From NCBI GenBank assembly GCA_032128875.1, contig JAVLKG010000003.1, positions 225,008 to 289,007 on the forward strand: 64,000 nt of DNA, written 5' to 3'. The notes beneath the pieces were generated by a model. That model was not told the DNA's origin, made no database searches, and saw only the letters and a program-made list of their open reading frames with translations. Both the position numbers and the translations under genes were made by a program. This DNA comes from Candidatus Melainabacteria bacterium 17Bon1m. Its GTDB lineage: Bacteria; Cyanobacteriota; Vampirovibrionia; Obscuribacterales; Obscuribacteraceae. Positions 57,767 through 64,000 of the stretch are shown in pieces (positions within the stretch are counted from its first letter, which is position 1; each line of letters opens with the position of its first letter).

Positions 57767-57812
57767 GGTTCAATACTTGAAGTGGTAAGTGTATTTCAGT
57801 TAGATGGTCTTA

Positions 57813-58775
57813 CTAGTTGAACGATTCAAAATCCGCTCTCAAACCTTTGGTGTCTACATCCAGGTTGAGAACTTTATAGCCCTGGCCCTGGCGTTCGCAC
57901 CAATCATTCAGCTCGTTAATCATGTCGCGCTGATCGCGTTGATTGACCATGACCAAAACTGATGATCCGGCGCCGCTCAAGACGCAGCCAAGCCCGTGAA
58001 AACCACGGACAAGTGCCTTTAATTTGTTGAGTTCGGGGATGAGAGATGCGCGATACGGTTCGTGCAAATTGTCGATAAGTGATTCGCGTAACGCGTCATC
58101 GTCTTTGGAAGTGACTGCTGCGACGAAGAGAGCAGCCCGTTGTACGTTGGCGGTCGCGTCTTTGAGCGGAACTTTCTTGGGCAGCACGGCGCGAGCCTTT
58201 TCGGTGGATAGCTTGTAGGGCGGAACCACTACAATTGTTTTCCATTTGTCGGGCCACTGTAGTTGTTTTACGACTGCTCTGCTCCCATGAATTGATGGTG
58301 CACAGACCACCAATCCACCAAGCAAGCTGGCAGCTACGTTGTCTGGATGCCCTTCAATTTCCGCAGCGGCAGAGAGAACACGCATTCGCTCGGGAGCCCG
58401 CCCTTTCAATATTTCGGCAGCCCACAGTGCGCTCAACACGGCAGTTGAAGAACTTCCGAGTCCTCGCGCGAGTGGGATGTCTGTTTCAATTGTTATGTTT
58501 AAGCCGTTGAGTTCGTCTTCGTTTTTCCCCAGCGCATGGAGCAAAACGCTCAGCAAGAGGTTGTTCTTCTTGTCGGAAAGGTCTCCTGCACACGATCCTT
58601 TTGCATCAATTTTGAGTTTGTCGCCTTCCGTGAAAAAGTAAGTGAATCGGCTGTACACATTGAGTGCCAGTCCTATGGCATCGAAGCCTGGTCCGAGGTT
58701 TGTTGTGCTTCCCGGGACGCTGATGACCAGGCGTCTTCCAATGAGCGTATTGGCGAACTCGGGGATGCTTTGCAT
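57813..58775 (-). CDS. thrB: Homoserine kinase
   Basis: NLGPGFD, PLARGLGSS, EGHPDN, SGAG. Confidence 0.96.
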   Translation of the reverse strand: MQSIPEFANTLIGRRLVISVPGSTTNLGPGFDAIGLALNVYSRFTYFFTEGDKLKIDAKGSCAGDLSDKKNNLLLSVLLHALGKNEDELNGLNITIETDIPLARGLGSSSTAVLSALWAAEILKGRAPERMRVLSAAAEIEGHPDNVAASLLGGLVVCAPSIHGSRAVVKQLQWPDKWKTIVVVPPYKLSTEKARAVLPKKVPLKDATANVQRAALFVAAVTSKDDDALRESLIDNLHEPYRASLIPELNKLKALVRGFHGLGCVLSGAGSSVLVMVNQRDQRDMINELNDWCERQGQGYKVLNLDVDTKGLRADFESFN

Positions 58776-59852
58776 TTAGATTCCCATCACTTTGCGAAGA
58801 GCATCAAGATTTGCTTCGACTGGACTCAAATCGACTTTGTTTACTTTTTGCGGCGTCTCCGGGTCTTTCAAACCGTTGCCGGTAAGTACGCAGACGGCGC
58901 TTGAGTCTTCCTTGATGAGCCCTGATTTGAGATGCTTGATCAAACCAGCGACACTCGCCGCGCTTGAAGGCTCGCAGAAAATTCCTTCGCTCGTGCCGAG
59001 AAGTTTGTACGCGTCCAAAATCTCCTCATCCGTAACTGAGTCAATTTTGCCACCTGAGTCGACAGCCGCAGCTTCAGCCTCTTTCCAGCTGGCTGGGTTG
59101 CCGATGCGAATTGCTGTTGCGATTGTTTCTGGATTTTCAATCGGCTTTCCTTGCACGATCGCCGCAGAGCCTTCCGCTTCAAACCCGTGCATTTTTGGCG
59201 CTGAGGTTACTCGTCCAATTTCGTGGAAGAGTTTGAACCCTCGTCTGTAAGCGCTGATATTGCCTGCGTTTCCGACAGGGATACACAGATAGTCGGGTGC
59301 TTCGCCAAGTGCTTCGATAACTTCGAATGCTGCCGTCTTTTGCCCTTCCAGTCTATAGGGGTTGATCGAATTGACAATCGTGACTGCGCATTTGTCTCCG
59401 ATTTCTTTCACGAGTTCGAGCGCGCGATCGAAATTGCCTTTGATTTGTACCAACTTGGCGCCGTAATGGATGGCCTGCGCGACCTTTCCGAGCGCGACAT
59501 GTCCGTGCGGCAAGAGGACAAAACAATCCAAACCTGCTTTTGTTGCGAAGGCTGCAGCAGATGCGCTGGTATTACCGGTGGAGGCGCAAATAACTGCGCT
59601 CGCATTTTCTTCGACAGCTTTCGAAATCGCTAGAGTCATTCCTCTGTCTTTAAAGCTGCCAGTCGGATTTAGCCCTTCGAGCTTGAAATAGAGTTTTAAA
59701 TTCGGAAAGCCGAGCTTCTTCGTAAGCGTTGCGGCTTCGACCAGCGGCGTGTTTCCTTCACCGAGCGAGACGATAGGTGTTTCCAACGTCACTGGAAGAA
59801 ATTCAGCATACTTGCTGATCAATGACAAAACTTGTGGCGCTGTTTTATGCAC
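58776..59852 (-). CDS. thrC: Threonine synthase
   Basis: [42 protein letters not shown] start after AGGAG is inferred. Confidence 0.95.
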   Translation of the reverse strand: MHKTAPQVLSLISKYAEFLPVTLETPIVSLGEGNTPLVEAATLTKKLGFPNLKLYFKLEGLNPTGSFKDRGMTLAISKAVEENASAVICASTGNTSASAAAFATKAGLDCFVLLPHGHVALGKVAQAIHYGAKLVQIKGNFDRALELVKEIGDKCAVTIVNSINPYRLEGQKTAAFEVIEALGEAPDYLCIPVGNAGNISAYRRGFKLFHEIGRVTSAPKMHGFEAEGSAAIVQGKPIENPETIATAIRIGNPASWKEAEAAAVDSGGKIDSVTDEEILDAYKLLGTSEGIFCEPSSAASVAGLIKHLKSGLIKEDSSAVCVLTGNGLKDPETPQKVNKVDLSPVEANLDALRKVMGI

Positions 59853-59853
59853 G

Positions 59854-61137
59854 TTATGCACTCCTGAAAATTCTGATTGCATTGCCGAGCGAACTGAGGA
59901 AATCACAGTTCTTGAGTTCTTCAAGTGCGGCGTCCATATCTTTGCCGAGCACATCATGCGTCAATATGACTACGGTTGCTTCTTTTCCTTCGACGCCACG
60001 CTGAATGATTGTGGAGATGCTGATGTTGTGCGTGCCGAAGATATTGCCGATTTTTCCGATTACACCAGGTGTATCTTTGACGACGAGGCGCAAATAGAAA
60101 GGGCACTTCCATGCCAGAGGTGGTGCTGCGGAGGCGGGCGAAGCGTCAATAGCTGGTTGGAAATAACTTGCGAAATCAGGTAGTTTCAATGCTCCGGCAA
60201 GATTCATCAAATCACCAACCACAGCAGAGGCGGTCGGCAGTTTTCCCGCACCAGGACCGATCAGAGTCAGTTGTCCGACGGCATGACCGCGCACGAGAAT
60301 TCCATTATTGGGGCCGGAAACAGAAGCGAGCGGATGTTCGAGTGGAACCAGAGTTGGATGTACTCTTACATCGAAGCCTGTGTTGTTCGAGCTGCCATTG
60401 CTGCTGCCCTTCGCCGCGGTGCCTAAAAGTTTTATCCTGTATCCGAATTCTTTGGCGAGCGCCATGTCTTCTTCTGTGATACTTCTGATGCCTTCTTTGT
60501 AGATGGTGTCCGGCTTGACGAAATGACCAAAGCCGAGCGCCGCCAGTACTGAAAGCTTGTATGCGACATCAAATCCATCTACATCTGCTGTCGGATCTGC
60601 TTCGGCAAAGCCTAGATCTTGAGCCTCTTTCAATGCAGCTTCATAGCTGTTGCCCGCTTCCATGTTTGAGAGGATGAAGTTGGTTGTACCGTTTAGAATG
60701 CCGGTGACGGATTCAATTTCGTTGGCTTCCAATCCTTTGTGAATCGTCGATAAAAGCGGCACCCCGCCTGCGACTGAAGCCTCGAAGAATATCGCGACAC
60801 CGTGCTCCTTCGCCAATGCGAACAGCCTCGGTCCATGTTTTGCGAGCACTTCTTTGTTGGCTGTGACGATGTGCTTGCGCTTCTTTATCGCTTGTTCCAA
60901 GTAAGAAACAGTCGGGTTTTCGCCGCCCATTACTTCGACAAGAACTTCGATTTCTGGATCGTTGATAATCTCATCGACGTCTGTCGTTAGCGGACAGCTC
61001 GGCATTGCAGATCGATCCTTGTCGAGACTCTTAACTGCGACTTTCTTGAGAGTCAGGTGGCGATGTTTGCTAAGGAGTTCGACAACTCCCGTGCCTACGG
61101 TACCAAGCCCCAACATTCCCAGCACAACTCGTGCCAT
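59854..61137 (-). CDS. hom: Homoserine dehydrogenase with ACT domain
   Basis: [40 protein letters not shown]. Confidence 0.96.
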   Translation of the reverse strand: MARVVLGMLGLGTVGTGVVELLSKHRHLTLKKVAVKSLDKDRSAMPSCPLTTDVDEIINDPEIEVLVEVMGGENPTVSYLEQAIKKRKHIVTANKEVLAKHGPRLFALAKEHGVAIFFEASVAGGVPLLSTIHKGLEANEIESVTGILNGTTNFILSNMEAGNSYEAALKEAQDLGFAEADPTADVDGFDVAYKLSVLAALGFGHFVKPDTIYKEGIRSITEEDMALAKEFGYRIKLLGTAAKGSSNGSSNNTGFDVRVHPTLVPLEHPLASVSGPNNGILVRGHAVGQLTLIGPGAGKLPTASAVVGDLMNLAGALKLPDFASYFQPAIDASPASAAPPLAWKCPFYLRLVVKDTPGVIGKIGNIFGTHNISISTIIQRGVEGKEATVVILTHDVLGKDMDAALEELKNCDFLSSLGNAIRIFRSA

Positions 61138-61329
61138 ATTTCTCCTTGTGCGCAATGCGCAATTGTCCGAACGCTGCGACGCGCGCGTGCAAGTTTCGCG
61201 CTTCGCATCCATGACCTTTCGTGCCGCCACAGGCAGCTCTTTCGGCCGGAAGCAAATTATCCCTTAGACAGCCGTCCTATTGGGCATTTGCGAACTCGCC
61301 TGTAACGCCCGGTTACACTTGACTTGGCT

Positions 61330-61551
61330 TTAATTGAAATAAACGCCAACTGCGCCAGTGACGCGCCTGACCAGCCGGACGGTGTCGAATTCGATCTCCT
61401 GTCCGTACTCGAGCTCTTCCGCGCCTTTCTTTTTCAAAAGGTCGATGACCATTTTGCGCTCCTCCTCGCTGAGGGTGATGCGCTTGTGATGATTGTCGGC
61501 TGCGAGCTTGAGAAGCTCCTCGGTCTTTAGGTCCGCGCTGATGTCGGCCAT
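61330..61551 (-). CDS. Small hypothetical protein (73 aa)
   Basis: RBS AGAGGA; native-looking codon usage. Confidence 0.65.
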   Translation of the reverse strand: MADISADLKTEELLKLAADNHHKRITLSEEERKMVIDLLKKKGAEELEYGQEIEFDTVRLVRRVTGAVGVYFN

Positions 61552-61826
61552 CTTTCCTCTTGAAGGCGATTTCTATCTGTTGGGACCCCGTTTGCCCTAT
61601 TTTACATCAGTGCGCAGAGCTGTTCGAGAGGTGTTTGCGCTACCCCATAAATCGCTTTGGAGAGGGCGGATTGGAAGGAAGCGCGGGCTGTCTGAGTGGT
61701 GTTTTAAGGCGAGCGCCAGTGTGACAGTAGAAGTGGATTGCCTGAGCAACGGACAGGCGGACGACGCCCGTCTTACATACTTTGCCGGATTATGATCTCA
61801 GAATGCAGACTTTAAAATAAGCTGTT

Positions 61827-63212
61827 TCATACACGTTGGTCTAAGGGGCGTGCAATATTTCCGACCCGAATTGGCTGGCGGGTTGGTTCGAAGAAAGACT
61901 TGCCTTGTGATACCGCCGACAGTGCAACGGCTATATGCGAAACGACGATCGAAGCGACAACACCGTTCATTCCTCCGTTTGAATAGAGCCCTATCCATGC
62001 CGCTAAAGGCATGCGGAGTAAAAATAGTCCGCCGAGTACCGATAGCATGGGTTTGAGTGTTGAGCCGGCCCCTTCCAGTGCGCCGAACATTGTCATGTAA
62101 AACGCTGTGATCGGAAAAACAACAATCGACGCCATGAGTAGCTCTTGTGCAAACCGGGCTGAGAGAGCTGTTGTAGCGTAGTCTTTTGCCAGCCATTCGC
62201 TGTTTGCAAACACGATCACTCCAACGATAAACATCACTGCCGCGGCCGCAATTGAAGCGTTGCACGATGTTTGGCGGGCGGCGATTTTGTCGCCGGCGCC
62301 AATTCGCTGACCCACTAAAGAAGCGGCTGTCATCGAGAAAGCCAGAATTAGAGGAGTGGCAACAATCTCTTCTATTTTCAATCTGATTGTCCATGCTGCT
62401 TGTGTTTCATTTGCGAATGGCATTTGCGAAAGAATTATGTACATGGCAAAGTTCGAGCTCAGCCAAGCCGCTTCTGTTGTTGCTATTGGCAGTCCAAGTT
62501 TTAAGATTTGCATTGATTTGTTTTTGAAATCCGAATCAATTAGATTCTTAATACCGAGTTTGCTGAGCAAATGTTGTCCGACAAATGCGGCGACGATCGC
62601 TCCCACGTTCCAGCCCAGCGCAATGTATTCCAGCTGATGTGCAGCTCCGTTCGGCATTAATTGTGGCAATGATATAGACAGAGTTATGCTGATGGCTGCT
62701 GCGACAAACCAAGGAATAATTGTTGAAAAACTTTTTCCACACGCTCTCAAGATTGCTGATTGGGTGAGCATCAAACAGTAAGGAGTGTTGGCGATTGTGC
62801 AGAGCTTTAGATAGGTCGCGCCTGCATTTTGAACTCTAGGGTCTTGGCTGAACAAGCCAAGCAAATAATCTGCGCTGAGATAAGTGATGACGGAAGAGCT
62901 TACTGCAAGCATCACTGCCAACAGAATTCCGGCGCTGGCGAAGGAATTTGCTTCGCGCTCCTTGCGTGCACCGGTGGCGCGTGCAATCAATGACCCCGCA
63001 CCTTGCGCGATGCCGGTACCGACTAAAGCTGCGAAGAATAAAAACTGATCGCCAATGCCTACACCGGCTTGGACGGCTGGCCCAAGTGAGCCGGCGAGGT
63101 GCACGTCGACCATGCCGATTGTTGCCGCTATCGCCACAGCAACGCAAACCGGCATGGCATCTTTGACAAAAGGAATTAGTTTGGCTGCTGCTTTCATGTC
63201 AATCGTTTGCAT
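61827..63212 (-). CDS. MATE-family efflux transporter
   Basis: About 12 TMs; LRACGK, LKLGLP, LVGQRIGAG, LEGAGST. Confidence 0.9.
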   Translation of the reverse strand: MQTIDMKAAAKLIPFVKDAMPVCVAVAIAATIGMVDVHLAGSLGPAVQAGVGIGDQFLFFAALVGTGIAQGAGSLIARATGARKEREANSFASAGILLAVMLAVSSSVITYLSADYLLGLFSQDPRVQNAGATYLKLCTIANTPYCLMLTQSAILRACGKSFSTIIPWFVAAAISITLSISLPQLMPNGAAHQLEYIALGWNVGAIVAAFVGQHLLSKLGIKNLIDSDFKNKSMQILKLGLPIATTEAAWLSSNFAMYIILSQMPFANETQAAWTIRLKIEEIVATPLILAFSMTAASLVGQRIGAGDKIAARQTSCNASIAAAAVMFIVGVIVFANSEWLAKDYATTALSARFAQELLMASIVVFPITAFYMTMFGALEGAGSTLKPMLSVLGGLFLLRMPLAAWIGLYSNGGMNGVVASIVVSHIAVALSAVSQGKSFFEPTRQPIRVGNIARPLDQRV

Positions 63213-63433
63213 CTCTTTGTCCTGGGTCGATTGCGGGAGGTTTGTTCAGGGTTGGACTTTGATCTGGGCGCGCGGAAAAGACGACCGTAGAATGTCTCAA
63301 TCGTTACGGCGGCGCCAGTTTCGCGAAAGGAAACCGGGGTCGGGGAATTTCTGTATAATTACAACGCTGAAGTGTGGTAACGATACCACGGTGAAGCGTG
63401 GTAGTCAAATAGAATTGCGACAAGAAGCTGGAA

Positions 63434-64000
63434 GTGCCGAAATTACATTGGATTGAGACTTTGAACGAAGAGACGCAATGGACGTCTCACGCGGACGCTT
63501 TGGACTGGCTATATAAATTGACCGGGCGGAAGCTCTCGGTATCCGCTGAGGATCTTGGCTCGTTTTTTGAGCAGCTTCAGTTCATCCGCGAGCAAGTGAC
63601 GTCCTTGCATTTCGGCGAAACCCTGGCACTGGATGCGTTGCAGAAAAGGCTCGAAGGTGTTGGTCTGGCTATTCACGAGGGATATGCGAATGATGCATTG
63701 CCTCTATTAATGGCGCGAAGGGCAAGCAATTCCGACTCAGACGTATTAAGATCTGTTTGCGATACGCTGCTTGTGCAGTTTGCTGCCTTTCTGTCGCAGG
63801 CGGTTGAAGCCGATTCTGCGCCGGGAATAGTGCGCTGTGAGGGGCTCTTTCGCGAAGGGAAAAAGGAGCGCAAACGCTTGGGCGCTCTTGTGAACGAGCG
63901 AGAATCAGCCTGGCGAGCGGAACTGTCTTTGCTTCAAGAAGCAGAACCAGATGTGGTGGAAGAGATTCAAAGGTGCGAAGATCTATTTATCTTTTCTGCC
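63434..64000 (+). CDS. Hypothetical protein, possibly CGNR zinc-finger family (3' partial)
   Basis: Open frame from GTG 63434 (MPKLHWIETLNEE...) to the window end; VRCEG...QRCEDLFI. Confidence 0.55.
   Translation, partial: MPKLHWIETLNEETQWTSHADALDWLYKLTGRKLSVSAEDLGSFFEQLQFIREQVTSLHFGETLALDALQKRLEGVGLAIHEGYANDALPLLMARRASNSDSDVLRSVCDTLLVQFAAFLSQAVEADSAPGIVRCEGLFREGKKERKRLGALVNERESAWRAELSLLQEAEPDVVEEIQRCEDLFIFSA

Noticed and set aside
61138-61329. Riboswitch, T-box or Thr attenuator in the hom leader
   Set aside because: Only short hairpins; no T-box, SAM or lysine consensus, no Thr/Ile-rich leader peptide and no terminator.
1-64000. Genome-wide UGA reassignment (code 4/25), prophage, IS or defence island
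   Set aside because: TGA ends conserved genes at expected positions (e.g. moeA, kmo). No phage, transposase, integrase or recognisable defence genes were seen.

Overview
Bacterial chromosomal window of moderate GC. The gene repertoire suggests a non-photosynthetic cyanobacterial relative (Ca. Melainabacteria/Vampirovibrionia, probably Obscuribacterales); this is inferred from a cyanobacterial-type ClpC N-terminus and many Hanks kinases, TPR, WD40, WG and LysM proteins. Recognisable blocks are a kynurenine-pathway operon (nbaC-kynU-kmo), a Moco operon (moaD-moaE-moaA-moaCB-moeA) divergent from a MocR-type regulator, and a hom-thrC-thrB-lysC operon. Also present are two TetR units with clear operators, two membrane Ser/Thr kinases and two families of REP-like palindromes. 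Four unexplained signals stand out. (1) Five exactly spaced TGTCA-N6-TG(T/G)CA-N11-TANNNT (pho-box-geometry) promoters between 2.6 and 7.6 kb drive a cluster of signal-peptide-less LysM/EF-hand/unknown proteins. (2) The divergent gene 7706-9172 has an in-frame TGA in a GG-[TGA]-GGGG-C motif followed by a SECIS-like hairpin; it is a candidate selenoprotein or a nonsense allele. (3) A NemR-type TetR has as its only local target an unannotated 57-aa protein. (4) A ~170-210-nt rod-shaped ncRNA (6S-like) lies at 21.0-21.2 kb. No CRISPR array, transposase, tRNA or rRNA was seen.
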